In this document: positions 1-11,600 of the stretch, piece by piece
Numbering within the stretch: position 1 is the first letter of the stretch
Layout: every line of letters begins with the position of its first letter
NCBI GenBank assembly: GCA_964106645.2
Contig: OZ067038.1
Direction: 5' to 3' (one strand)
DNA length: 64,000 nucleotides
DNA from: Podarcis pityusensis
Lineage: Eukaryota
Program-made: the position numbers and the translations under genes
Notes under the pieces: model-generated
Databases searched by the model: none
What the model was told of the DNA's origin: nothing
Seen by the model: only the letters and a program-made list of their open reading frames with translations

Positions 1-273
1 TACTGGTTAGTGTGATAAAGGTTGATGCTTTGTAGATAGCTGAAGAAAAAAAGAGAGGAACATGTTGAAATGAAATATCCTTGTAAGGGCATGTGCCTCT
101 AGCATATCCATAGCTTTTTGCTGAATATCAGTGAAATTACTCTGGAAGAATTACTGTTTTACAAATAGCAGTGACAGTTTAAAAAAAGGAAAGCACAATA
201 ACAATTTCACCCAAAACATGGTTCATGTAATTTTCAGCAACCTGGAATCTGAAGGAAATAGCTTTATACTAAC

Positions 274-469
274 CTGACTTCTCCAACGATCTCTCCTGCT
301 AAACCCCGCAGGCTATTCCGCAACTCTTCCACTTCATGTCGCAGTTCTATAAGGCTTTTGAGCACAAAGTCCAGACGGTTCAGCACTTCAGCCTGTTCTT
401 CTTGTGTTAGATGAGCTGTATATGGGATGCTGTCACCACCTTCCACTGGTGCTTGTCTCATCCGTGGAA
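274..469 (-). CDS. RMDN3: RMDN3 second coding exon (196 nt)
   Basis: Acceptor tttctctag at 470-471, donor GTTAGT at 273; encodes VPRMRQAP...GEIVGEVR. Confidence 0.92.
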
Positions 470-1420
470 CTAGAGAAAGAAAATGAAGCAGCTACAACAC
501 AACTAGGCATGGAGAAACTCCCGGTTCAATCCCTGGCATCTCCAGGTTTGAAGGAGAATGTCCCCTGTCAGTAACCCTGGCGAAAGCCACAGCTAGTCAG
601 GTGGACAATACTAAGCTAGATGGATCAAAAGTCTGACTTGGTAGAAGGAAGCTTCTCCCAGAATGGAGAACCCAGAGACTTCCCAGGAAAAAGAGATAAA
701 AACCTGCTCTGGGGAAAAATGCAGTCAATTCCCATAGCATTGTACATATCATTGATACAGCGATGCAAACATGCTAGCCATCAACATTTTGCAGATAAAT
801 AGTACAAGGGTATATAACCTACACTAATATAACTGCTTTTCCAGTCTGCAGAAAGAGCCTTGTGCATATGCAGACTTGTACACATTAAGCATTTACAACT
901 TAACGTCTAATTGTAATTTGTTAATTTACAGAAAAATTGAATCTTTTAATATATTCCCATTTGGCAAGTTCAGCAGAGTTGTGTCTTTATTTTTAAAGTA
1001 ATTATAACTTATCAGATACAAACAGAATTCTCAACTAATCTACCCATTCATCTCAGAGCATACTTTCACTGAAATTAAGCAAATAAGAGTAATACTAGGC
1101 ATGTGAATTCCAAGTTTAATGGCGATAAATTAACCTCACAACCTCTTACCAGTTTGAGTAACTCTAGTCTTAGAAAAAATAAAAGTACAAAAGATAATTT
1201 AAAAAATGGAAACCATCTTTGTACCCTGATTATAAGGCTGTAGAATTTGTGTGTGTTCTTTAGGGTCCAGAGCATTATGTTGACTCTGTACGTTTGGTGA
1301 TTTGGATCTTTGCTGGGGCTTTTTTCTCTTTTGTTTGTAGAAGTAGTAGAAGAGACCTATTCCTGCAGCAGCTCCCAGGACCACACCAAGTCCCACACGG
1401 AAGACCACCATTTTGGACAT
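274..1420 (-). CDS. RMDN3: RMDN3/PTPIP51 (regulator of microtubule dynamics 3), 5' part; join(1420..1225, 469..274); gene continues left of the window
   Basis: Translation [31 protein letters not shown] (TM anchor)...[44 protein letters not shown] (coiled coil) matches RMDN3; GT/AG sites and phases are consistent; synteny with GCHFR. Confidence 0.93.
500..657 (+). mobile_element. Degenerate squamate SINE (tRNA-like head); related copy on minus strand ~18013-18180
   Basis: B-box-like GGTTCAATCCC followed by CTGGCATCTCCAGGT; related sequence recurs in the window. Confidence 0.5.
1225..1420 (-). CDS. RMDN3: RMDN3 first coding exon (exon begins at 1427, ATG at 1420)
   Basis: Acceptor ttgtttcag at 1428-1429, donor GTACAA at 1224; 196 coding nt, phase 1 fits the next exon. 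Confidence 0.88.
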
Positions 1421-2249
1421 GATGCATCTGAAACAATTCAAGCAGGCCATAATTTGTATTTATGAAACAGACACAACATGAAGGAGAAAGTGCTGTATTA
1501 TAACACATGGTAAGTGTTATGTGCTTAACAATATTTCAAAATAAAATAAGTCTAAAATATTTACAAGCTAAGCATTTTTTAAATAAAACAAAAACAAAGA
1601 GGGTGCAGCAACATAACCGTCAGTTCTTCGATACAAGAGATAGACAGCAACCTACTTCTCAGCATATGTAAAAATAAATACTCTGATGTTCTATCTATAT
1701 AGGAGGGAAATCCTGATTTGGTGACCTCAATGGCAAATTAATGCTTAGGAGAAACAGAATTTTACACTGAAATATAATCAAATACCAAAGGTCATTCAAT
1801 GAGATTTCATTCCACATGATAAAGTTCTGTAGTTGAAGCTATACACATTTGACTCAGATAATACAGTTCAATCCAGGAGCTCAACAGGTAACAGGGAGGA
1901 CACAAGTGATAACCTAGCAACCTTGCCAAAAACACTCCCATTTCAAAGCAGGTCACCGTCCGCATTAGTAGCAATTTCAAAGAACTGAAGCCACATAATC
2001 TTCTTCCCAGGTCACTCTTTCCCAATTTAGCTGCCTCTCTCACATACATGCATAAATACATACACAAATACACAGAAATCTAAACCCACTTACATGTAAA
2101 TATACCAGTTTCCCCTTAATACGGTTTGTCAGCACCCTCTACATGATGTGTTTCGAGATAAGAAATACTGAGCCTTAGGGGTCCAAAACCACCAAACAGG
2201 TTTTAAACTCTTGTCTACCCAGCTCAGGCGATTTGACAATTGGGCCAAG

Positions 2250-3270
2250 CCTCTGACCCCGCGATGACACTGCGGTTCTTAAACCACAAACGTTACTGAA
2301 AGAAGGAGCATGTAGGGGTCGCCACCCACTGGGTGTGCTCAGAGATAGCGGGAACTGGTGAGCCGCAGAACTGAGGCACGCGCCCCTTCCCCACCCGCAC
2401 CCCGACCCCCACCCATGGGCGACAGGAGGCGCGTTGCCCCAGCATCTCCCGCCGCTCCAGGCGCATGCGCAGAGAAGGCCGAGTTCTAAATTCCGAAGAG
2501 CCACATTATTGGTCTGTTGGCAGCAAAACGCTTTGAGAGAAAGAGAGATTTGTGGCACCGCAGAGAATTGCGTTGCGCCACAGCGGATCTCTTGGGCTGC
2601 ATTGACAAGAGATGGAGGGTGCAATCCTGCACTCACTTACATGGGAGTAAGGCCAACTGAACTCAGTGGGGTTTACTCCAGAATAGGCAAGTATGGGACT
2701 TACACCGTCCCTCTTTCAGAAATGAAACTAGACTCGCTCTCCCCCTCTGCCTGTGTGTAGTTCTATGTGCCCAGGAACTAATGCTTCAACAGGCAAGCGC
2801 CCCTTTCTCCTCCTTCGCCTCCTTCCCCTACTCGAAAAGGAGGCCGCGCGCGCGCCCAAAGAGTCAGGAAAGCCGCAAGGCGACGGTTGCGGCGCGCGAG
2901 CCGCTTGAGGAGGCTGAGTGAAAACTTCAAAGCGCTCCTTCTCCAGCTATTTAAATTACCGCTGCGCTTCTCGCTGGATATGTCCTCGAGCGGCCACCGT
3001 CCGCCGCCCTCCTCGTTCCCCGCGTTTCCCCCTTAGCCCGCCGCAGGCCAGTCCTCTCGCCGGCGCATAGAAATGACGTCGGGGCACGACTCATCCCTCC
3101 GCCGGTGGAAAGGTGGCGCGGAGAATTGACGGAGAGAAAGGCCACGCCTCTAGAACGTAGAGAGAAGCCGTGCCGGATCAGACCAGCGGCCGGGCAAAGC
3201 AGGCGTCCCGTTCTCACGGTGGCCAACCAGGCGCCCGTGAGAAGCCTACAAGCAGGAGCGGAGCACAAGT
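2250..3270. promoter_or_regulatory. RMDN3 CpG island/promoter; probable non-coding exon 1 ending at 2960 on the minus strand
   Basis: CpG-rich; minus-strand donor GCG|GTAATT at 2959; CRE-like TGACGTC at 3074-3080; NRF1 palindrome GCGCATGCGC at 2461-2470. Confidence 0.65.
2618..2707. repeat. Short imperfect-palindromic interspersed repeat (other copies ~6185-6249, ~12950-13025, ~36672-36755)
   Basis: TGCAATCCT...CACTTAC.TGGGAGTAAG...GAACTCAGTGGG..TTACT...motif recurs several times. Confidence 0.55.
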
Positions 3271-3302
3271 GTTTCTAGGAGCATTACTGCCTCCCACAGT
3301 GG

Positions 3303-3406
3303 AGACTACAATTCCCATCATCCCTGACCACTGGTCCTGTTAGCTAGGGATGGTGGGAGTTGTAGTGCCAAAAAACATCTGGATGGCCGAGTTTGCCTAT
3401 GCTTGA
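3303..3406. mobile_element. Truncated palindromic hAT MITE (same family as 4750-4884)
   Basis: GACTACAATTCCCATCATCCCTGACCACTGGTCCTGTTAGCTAGG core nearly identical to the 4750 copy. Confidence 0.75.
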
Positions 3407-3622
3407 GCAATAGGGAAACACGGGTGGGGAAAACACCAGACCGGGGCGAGGCGTGGAATCAGGAGCGCCCGGGCGGATGCCTAGACGTCTGCTAGTGGTG
3501 TGTACAATTAAAACAGAGGCTGTTCTCTGCCTAACTTGTCGCGTTGGGAGATGCCCAAATTTCGAATGGTGCAAGAATGTGAAAGGGCTTGGGGTTGGTT
3601 TGGGAGCATCAATGGCTGGGAG

Positions 3623-3937
3623 CAGTGCCGAATTTACGTGTAAGCTAAACAAGCTATAGCTTAGGACCGCACTCTCTTGGGGACCCCCAAAAAATTAAAG
3701 GGAAAAAACTGGATGTACATTTCCAAAATATAAGATAAAAAAAACATAAAATAAAGCCTACATACAGCAACGGTGGCAAATGGCTTTAGATACCTATTAG
3801 GTCCATAAATTGCCATATAGCATATATTCAACACAAAAAACAGCAAAAAATTGTTGTTGACAAAGGACAGCTGGACATATAAAGGGCCCCGTTATCATCA
3901 TTAGCTTAGGGCCTCATCAAACCTAAATCTGGCCCTG
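3623..3937. mobile_element. Non-autonomous hAT element
   Basis: Imperfect TIRs CAGTGCCGAATTTA / TAAATCTGGCCCTG; 8-bp TSD GCTGGGAG / GCTGGAAG. Confidence 0.7.
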
Positions 3938-4749
3938 GCTGGAAGTCATGATGGATATGTTCTCCCAGCATGAGAGGCAGTACGCTGCTAAATGCCAGTT
4001 GTTGGGGGAGAACAGTAGGAGAGTACTGTGGGAAACAGGATGCTGGACCATATGGGTATAGTTTTTTGGAAGTGAAGCGGCAGGGAGTTCTCTCTGCCTA
4101 TGCAGCTCTCAACTCTTTAGGGAAGACTGACAGATGGAAGTTTAGGATCAGTGTTTTCTGTCTCCTAGATGGACTACCTTCCTGGGCTGATGAGCCGGAT
4201 CTGCCTCTCACTTCCCTCTACAGGACATGTAGAAACCGCCTTCTTGGCTGTTGGACCTACTATTGGTCTCATCGGTTCAATGTGCCTTTCTTCGCACACA
4301 GACAAAGTCCCTAACTCCCCAAGAGTTTGAGACCGATCGGCTACCCTCACCTGGTTTAGCTGGCCAGTCAAAGCCGTAGCTGTTCCTGGGGTATGGCTGC
4401 TGTTGCATGCTGACAGCTTCTAGTAGCTACAGGTGAGAGCTGAGTGCAGGGTGGGGACCAAAAGTGGACAGACTGCCCCAGAAGAAGCATGTCCCCCACC
4501 AGAGGTACTACCCCTCTAAAACCCCATACACCCTGGAGGTTATGATACAGGTTTAATAAATGAATAAGACTATCTGCACATTGGGAAATTTGAATCACAC
4601 ATATCTAATCTTACAGCTTCTGTGGCAGCACACTTTCCCCCTGGGGACTTACAACAGCCTCAAAATAACCACATATTTTAAAGTTATCCATTCAATGTAA
4701 GCCTGAAAATGTCATTTTATTAATTGGACATCTAGGGTTCACCCTAGGC

Positions 4750-4884
4750 CAGTGATGGCCAAACTTGGCCCTCCAGCTGTTTTGGGACTACAATTCCCAT
4801 CACCCTGACCACTGGTCCTGTTAGCTAGGAATGATGGGAGTTGTAGTCCCAAAACAGCTGGAGGGCCAAGTTTGGCCATCACTG
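4750..4884. mobile_element. Palindromic hAT (Charlie/MER5-like) MITE, young copy
   Basis: Near-perfect long TIRs CAGTGATGGCCAAACTTGGCCCTCCAGCTGTTTTGGGACTACAA; perfect 8-bp TSD CCCTAGGC (4742-4749, 4885-4892). Confidence 0.9.
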
Positions 4885-7800
4885 CCCTAGGCCAAAGAAT
4901 TCCAGGCCAAGCCCAACATTTCTGTCAGGTCTTTCTGCTAGTCTTAATATAGCATAGTGGCTACCAGGTCCTGGTTGCTTATAATGGTTATCAGATCACC
5001 CCATCTGGATTATTTTTATTTTTCATTTATTAAATTTGTATACTGCCCTTCACCTGAAGATTACAGGGCAGTTCACAACATAAAAATACAAAATGAGAAC
5101 ACAAAATACTTAAGACAAAAACAAACCAATAAAGCCCTCCCACAAAAACATTTAAAAAGCCATAGAATGCTTTGTCGACCAAAGGCTGATGGAACAATGA
5201 CCTGGCTCTGCATAAGGCAGCTTCCTATGTTCCAAATGTGGAAGGCAGCAGGGATGCCCACATATGCTCCACTACAATCAAGAACACTGATAACACACGG
5301 TCCCTGATTGTGCAAGATCATTCAATTCACATTCAATTTAAAGTCAATGAAAGCTCCTTGCAGATCTTCCCCTCACAACTTGGGATGGTCTGTTACCGGC
5401 TGGGTTGGGAGGAAACATATGAGGATGTTGTGTGCAATATGGGAAGGTCACTGACAAAGGGGTTTGCCAATGCACATGGGTAAATTGAAAGGTGGGGCTC
5501 ATACTAAAACATGCCTTATTAGAAGTCACAAAGTTTGGTGATGCAAGACTTTGTTATAAACAATGTATAGTAATCCCATGAGGCAAGTTGACATGTTTTA
5601 AGTGCTCAGGGATTACACCTGCAAGTCACCAAACTTCCATTTTTTCCAGTAAACAATATTTGGCTTTGCATCATACAGATAATATCAGATCAGGACATAA
5701 GGCAGTCCCTGAAGTCTGTGAGTGTTCCAGCTATATAATACTGTTAGAAATCCGCTCTTGGCCTGTCAGGCTGCATTGCTGACGTAAGAGCTTTGGGTTG
5801 AAAGCAAATGGAATAGATTTCATCTGACAAATCCCTAAGGGTGAGTGGAAAAAGGAAACTACGTTGCTGTAAGCCTTCAAATTATTATTCACTATCCGTT
5901 TGTTATCAAGGAAGGAATAACAGAGGCTCAAGACAGCGGGAGTTTGAAGTTAGGCCTTTGCGGATATTAAAGATCCTATCTAGACAGTATTATAAATCAT
6001 AGCTTGGACTGTGTTTATGGGACTTGGCTGGTGTTGGAACATCAGCCTTTGTGAAAGTAATATCAAACTGTTCTCTTTAAACTAAACCCACCATAGTCAG
6101 AGTCAGACTATGGTAAAAACCCATTAAGCACTGCCATGTTCGTGATCAACACCCTCAGTGTTATCAAATAAGGCAAATTCGGCCAGTTCCTATGCACACT
6201 TAAACCTATTTCAATAAGACCTACTTATAAGCGTGGATAGGATTGCAGCTTTAAACAGAAGATGAAAAAATAATGGTAATATTCATCCTTCAAGTCAGAA
6301 GTAACAACAAACAGCTTCCAGACATCTGGGATTGGGGACCAGGCTTATAGGTGCGAAGGTGTGACTCCCGGGCTGCATTGAGTCCGGCATCTCTGAACTT
6401 TCTAGAAATTGCCCACTGAGAAAGACAGGTGTAAGAAAAGGAACTGCCTTGAGTCAGACTTAGCACAGTATTCCCTACTAAGACTGGGAGTTACTTTTCA
6501 GGACTTCCAGCTCTGTACCTGAGACCCTTTTCATAACAGATGTCAGGAATTAAGCTTTTCCTACTAGTGAGCTATTGCCCTTCTTCTAGACGTGATAGTT
6601 ATTAAATTAGCCCCATCCTTTTTCAGTTATGCTCTTCTGTGGTCAAAACAAAACCCGACAGTGATTAAGCCAAAGAAATAATGCATATAAGAGATAAGGA
6701 AATCCTGAATGGGTCAGCCAGCCCATCTTGAAGCCAGAGTAGCATTGTCGGGATTTAATTTGTTTTTAGTAATTGGGTTAGTACAAAATGTTACTTATTA
6801 GAGTTTTCTCTCCCATATGTTTCTTGTTTTTGATTTTATTTCTTCATGCTAACAGGAAAAGTCCTTAATTCTTTACTCATGACATCAAAATGAAAACCAT
6901 TGTTCCATCATAAACACACACACAAATCCATGACCTCATTTCATGGAGCAGGATCAAAGGACAGTGACAAGGTAATATTCTAGAGTAAGGTAAGCTTAAA
7001 TAATTAAGAAGAATACTAGAAAGGAAATGTAATTACTTTAATTAATTTAGTTATGCGCCAAGTTTTAGTAAAAAAATGATTTTTTAAAAAATAATAACGT
7101 TCATGTTTCCGGGGCTGGTTATATTTGCACGTGACTTTTCGCTGCAGTGTCAACACGCTGTCAGACTTTTCATCTTGTAATGAATGATCTCTTCAACTCC
7201 AGTAAAATGGCGATGGTTGAAAGTTTCTACAAACACAAAAGAGGTTTTCCCAGACAAACAAAGAAACAAAAGGAGTGGGACCCTAGGGATAAAAATGAAA
7301 AAAAAATAGAATGGGGAAAAAATAGAATGTGCAAATGATGTTTTTAGTCATCCAAATATATTAAGTGCGCATTTCAAGATTATCAAATCAATTCATAGAA
7401 TCATAGAGTTGGAAGGAACGAACCATGTAACTTTTTGTAATTATTATCTAGATTTGTATTCCATCTTTTGTCATTTATAGCAATGTCTGTAATTTCCAAA
7501 ATATCATGAACAATTAAAAATATACACAACTTAAAGCAATAAAAAAGAAACAGAATGGTCTAAAAATACTGAAAATGTGGCCTCACTGGTTCACCCCAAA
7601 TTCTTGGAAGAATAAGGATGTTTTTACTTGATGGTAGAAACTCATCATGGTCTCCACCATTTGAGCTTCCAGGGTAGGATGTTACATAGTCGGGGAGCCA
7701 CAACAGAAAACGTTTTTGAATGCACCACTGGTTGCTCAGACTGTGGGCACATTACCATTGACTCAGGCTCCAGTGCATTCCCATCACTGGTACACATACA

Positions 7801-8094
7801 GTTGCTCTTCTCTTGAAGCATCAGATCCACAGCTTGAGGGTTCTTTCTCAACCCAGCCCTGTTCCTGGATACCTAGGCAGCAACAGTGACCAGGATGACC
7901 TTTGACCTTTTTATCTTTTATGCCACTTGCACCCTTTCCTGGAAAAACCAGACCTGGCCTCAATTTCTCCTGCTCTAATCACTTTCACATTAGATTTCTG
8001 TAATGTAATGCACTGCCCTTGAAGATAGTCTGGAAGCTTCAGTGTGCAGAATGTGGATGACAGGCTTGTCTGGAGTTGGTAGATCAGATAACAG

Positions 8095-8236
8095 AATCAT
8101 AGAATTGTAGAGTTGGAAGGGACCCTGAGGATCATCTAGTCCAATCCCCTGCAATGCAGGAATATGCAGCTGTCCCATACGGGGATCGAACCTGCAAACT
8201 TGGCGTTATCAGCCCTACACTCTAACCCACAGAGCT
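8095..8236 (-). mobile_element. tRNA(Ile-like)-headed SINE with CR1-derived 3' tail
   Basis: Minus strand: AGCTC..TTAGAG..GCTGATAACGCCAAG..GGTTCGATCCCC head; GGACTAGATGA..CCCTTCCAACTCTACAATTCTATGATTCT tail. Confidence 0.8.
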
Positions 8237-8473
8237 GTGCACAGATCAGATCACACCAATCCTTTATCAGCCAAGTGGATGCTAATTTGATAGACAGACA
8301 TAACTTGGACCAAGTATATCTCAAGTATTACCTCTCCCTTTAAGAGCTAGAGAGTGGCCATGGTGCAGCCTCCTAAGAAAGTTTATTTTATCTAGACAAG
8401 AAGCAAATACTGTTTTATTTCAGGGAGCTATTTTGGGATCCCCTCCATTTTAAGGATTTTACTGCTACTGCTG

Positions 8474-8558
8474 CTTTTAGCCTTGTTGCAAACTTTGTAA
8501 AAGTTGCTTTATTGTTTTTAGCCTTGTTGCAAATCATTGTAATAGTTGCTTTATTGTT
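8474..8558. repeat. Tandem duplication, ~42 bp x2
   Basis: TTTTAGCCTTGTTGCAAA...AGTTGCTTTATTGTT occurs twice head-to-tail. Confidence 0.75.
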
Positions 8559-10016
8559 TGTAAACTGCCTCGAATATATTTTATACTGAAAGGAAGGATA
8601 GAAAAAGGATGTTCGCTCTGTGTAGGAAGCTCTCTGTCTCTTAATTTAACCATGTTGGCTGATCTCAAGAAACTATGAACAATCTTAATAAACTCAAAGA
8701 TTAGTTGTAGCACTTATAGAGTGAAGAAGAAAGCATTAATTTGAAAAAGCTGTTGCAACAACAGAAAAGGCACACACAAATCTTGCTTAAAAAGCCATTT
8801 ATCTCTAATATTATGTAAAGGAACCAAACCATAATTTACGAGGCAGCTAAATCACCTCAAGCCTTCTCAAACGTGAATTGCATGAAAAAGCTCAGAGCAC
8901 AATTGGTTGCTGTTATGTTCACCCCACTTCTCTGAGTGATGAAAAGTTCTGAGGGCACAGCACCCACCTGAATTTGGTTTCCTTTGCATGAAGGTTACTT
9001 GAGACTTAGGGTGTTTTGTAATGTTTATTTAAAATTATGCCGACTGAACAAAGATATCCATGAAAGCAACAGTGAAGCAGAAAATGAGATGCTCTGTTAA
9101 ATTACAAATGAATCATTTATTCTATATTTCTTCCATCATGGAGCTCAAGGCAGCATATATGTGGTTTCAGGTACTCACCCACCCTAGCACTGACCCAGAT
9201 CCAGACCTCATCAGTTTTAGAAAGATGGTGGCCTCATGTGTCCTCAGACTATACCTTGAGACCCTGAGAGGTTTGTGCTTTTTCCTTCAAAGATAATAAA
9301 ATAATAAATACAAGACAAAGGAAATGAATATGTAGAGACTGTTCCGTGCCCCACATTTGCTATTTCAATATTATTATTCTGTTGTGCACAGCCCCACCTC
9401 CTGGTTCAAAAGCAAAAAAATGAGTGAAAGATTGCTCCCCCAACCTTCAAACTTATTGCTCTATTTAAAGGAAGTCTATGAAGAGTATTGTTACAAGCCA
9501 CCACAACCTCCACAACAGTGTTAGATTCCAGGGGTCCAGGCACTTACCCAGGATTCGTGTTTCCTTTGGAAATGAGGCACAGCGGAGACTATGGTTTCTT
9601 TAAGATAATAAGGTTTATTTACACTTATATACAACCTGAGCCTGCCATGGAGGGGTTCAGAGCACTGCCGCTGCCCCCGCCACCCATAGACGTAGTCCTG
9701 GATTCAAATAAAAAATAGACATCCTCAAAAACATGGCCCTCTCTTCAGCTTGCTGACTTTTAGAAACTGCCACAAAACTCCATCCTAAATTACCCTTTGT
9801 CTTTCTAACTAACTGACCATTGAGGGAGGGGGGCCCCATCCCACTTGCCCTCTGGCACACAGCCACTCCTTTTGAGGCCACCTGAGCTTCAAGCGACAGC
9901 AAAGGATTCAGGAGTACCCCCAAGTTACATGCCCGCTCCTTCAGGGAAGGAATGGAAACCCTAGCGAGGGCAGATTAATGTTGCCATGTACTGCGGTAAA
10001 TATTTTTAATTATATT

Positions 10017-10180
10017 CAGTGCTTTTTTTCTGGGGGGATGAAGGAGTAGCATACCCCTAAACATTTTGTGAATCTTTGTACTTTTGTCTGTTTACTGTAT
10101 TTATTTTTCCCTATAAAATGGTGATTTTCTTGAGTCAAAATGAGAGTACCCCTAGACATTTTTTACAGGAAAAAGCACTG
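10017..10180. mobile_element. hAT MITE (inverted second copy at 61246-61410)
   Basis: TIR CAGTGCTTTTT / AAAAAGCACTG; 8-bp TSD ATTATATT / ACTATATT. Confidence 0.8.
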
Positions 10181-10202
10181 ACTATATTACATCCAGCCAA
10201 AC

Positions 10203-10675
10203 CTAGACAGCATCTTAAAAAGCAGAGACATCACCTTGCCAACAAAGGTACGTATAGTTAAAGCTATGGTTTTCCCAGTAGTGATGTATGGAAGTGATAG
10301 CTGGACTATAAAGAAGGCTGATGGCCAAAGAATTGATGCTTTTGAATTATGGTGCTGGAGGAGACTCTTGAGAGTCCCATGGACTGCAAGAAGATAAAAC
10401 CGCTCACTGGAAGGACAGATCCTGAAGCTGAGGCTCCAATACTTTGGCCACCTCATGAGAAGAGAAGACTCCCTGGAAAAGACCCTGATGTTGGGAAAGA
10501 TTGAGGGCACAAGGAGATGGGGACGGCGGAGGACGAGATGGTTGGACAGTGTTCTCGAAGCTACAAACATGAGTTTGACCAAACTGCGGGAGGCAGTGGA
10601 AGACAGGAGTGCCTGGCGTGCTCTGGTCCATGGGGTCACGAAGAGTCGGACACGACTAAACGACTAAACAACAAC
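10203..10675 (+). mobile_element. BovB (RTE clade) LINE, 5'-truncated 3' end
   Basis: Encodes ...MRREDSLEKTLMLGKIEG..RWLDSV...WRALVHGVTKSRTRLND; (CAA)n tail; perfect 17-bp TSD ATTACATCCAGCCAAAC (10186-10202, 10676-10692). Confidence 0.92.
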
Positions 10676-10779
10676 ATTACATCCAGCCAAACTGAAATGC
10701 TTCTCATTCCCATCGAATTCTTCGGGAGAGTAAAACTAAAGTTTGCAGTCCTGTGCGTGCCTTATTTTGTGACATGTAT

Positions 10780-11600
10780 AGGATCGCACGGGAAGATCGG
10801 CAGGTGTATCATGCCGTATATTTCACAGAGGGGGTGCCGACGGAGGCTGGTCTATGAGGGCATATGGGTCACCGCCCCACCACCCTCTTGTCTGTCTGCG
10901 GCGACAGAAACGCCTGAAGGGAGGAGCAGGAGGAGGTTGGTGGCGGTGCACGGCTTTCGACGCGGAGGAGTTTAAGGCTGTGGGGGAAAAAGCCTCTGCC
11001 CCGCGGAGCCTTGAGGCTGTGGGGTGACCCACCCGGGTATGCAACGCAGCAGAGTGCAGACGAGAGGGGGGGCCCTCGCACGTGACCCCCTGGCAGTCCA
11101 GGTCCGAGCGCAAAAGCGACGGAACGCCGCCGCGTGCCCCTTAAGCCGCCCGCGCCCCCGAAGCCAAGCAATTCGCGTTCCAGCGCCGCAGCCCGCTCGC
11201 CGATTGGCTCCTCGGAGCGAGGGCGTGGCCGCGGCGTGGCAGGATGTCACGTGGGCGTTGCGCTGCAAAAGCGGGGCGTGCGGGAGCGGCGGCCACCTTG
11301 AGGGCAGCGCTTCGCGGCGGGGCATCATGCCGTACGTCCTCATCAGTACTCAGATCCGCATGGTGAGCAGCTCGGGGGGAGCTCTAGGTGGGCTTGCCGG
11401 GATGGTGCTGAGCAGGAGCCCGTCGGTGCCCATGCCCAGGAAGGCGAGGGGCGGCCCCGAATGGGTTGCTGCCCGCCCGTGTCCGCTTGCAGAGGTGGAC
11501 TGGGGCGCGGGACAGAGTTGATCCCATTTGCCTTGCAGGAGGTGCCGCTGCTTCCAGGCTATAATACGTCCCTGCATTAAATAGCGGCCGGCCCTTGTTT
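10780..11600 (+). promoter_or_regulatory. GCHFR CpG-island promoter
   Basis: CpG-rich; E-boxes CACGTGAC (11079-11086) and GTCACGTG (11246-11253); inverted CCAAT (11203-11207); GC boxes just upstream of the ATG. Confidence 0.8.
11327..11362 (+). CDS. GCHFR: GCHFR coding exon 1
   Basis: [12 protein letters not shown] then donor GTGAGC. Confidence 0.95.

Noticed and set aside
8160-8236. tRNA genes (also ~23310-23373, 37713-37777, 42221-42290)
   Set aside because: Degenerate cloverleaves fused to CR1-type tails; these are SINE heads
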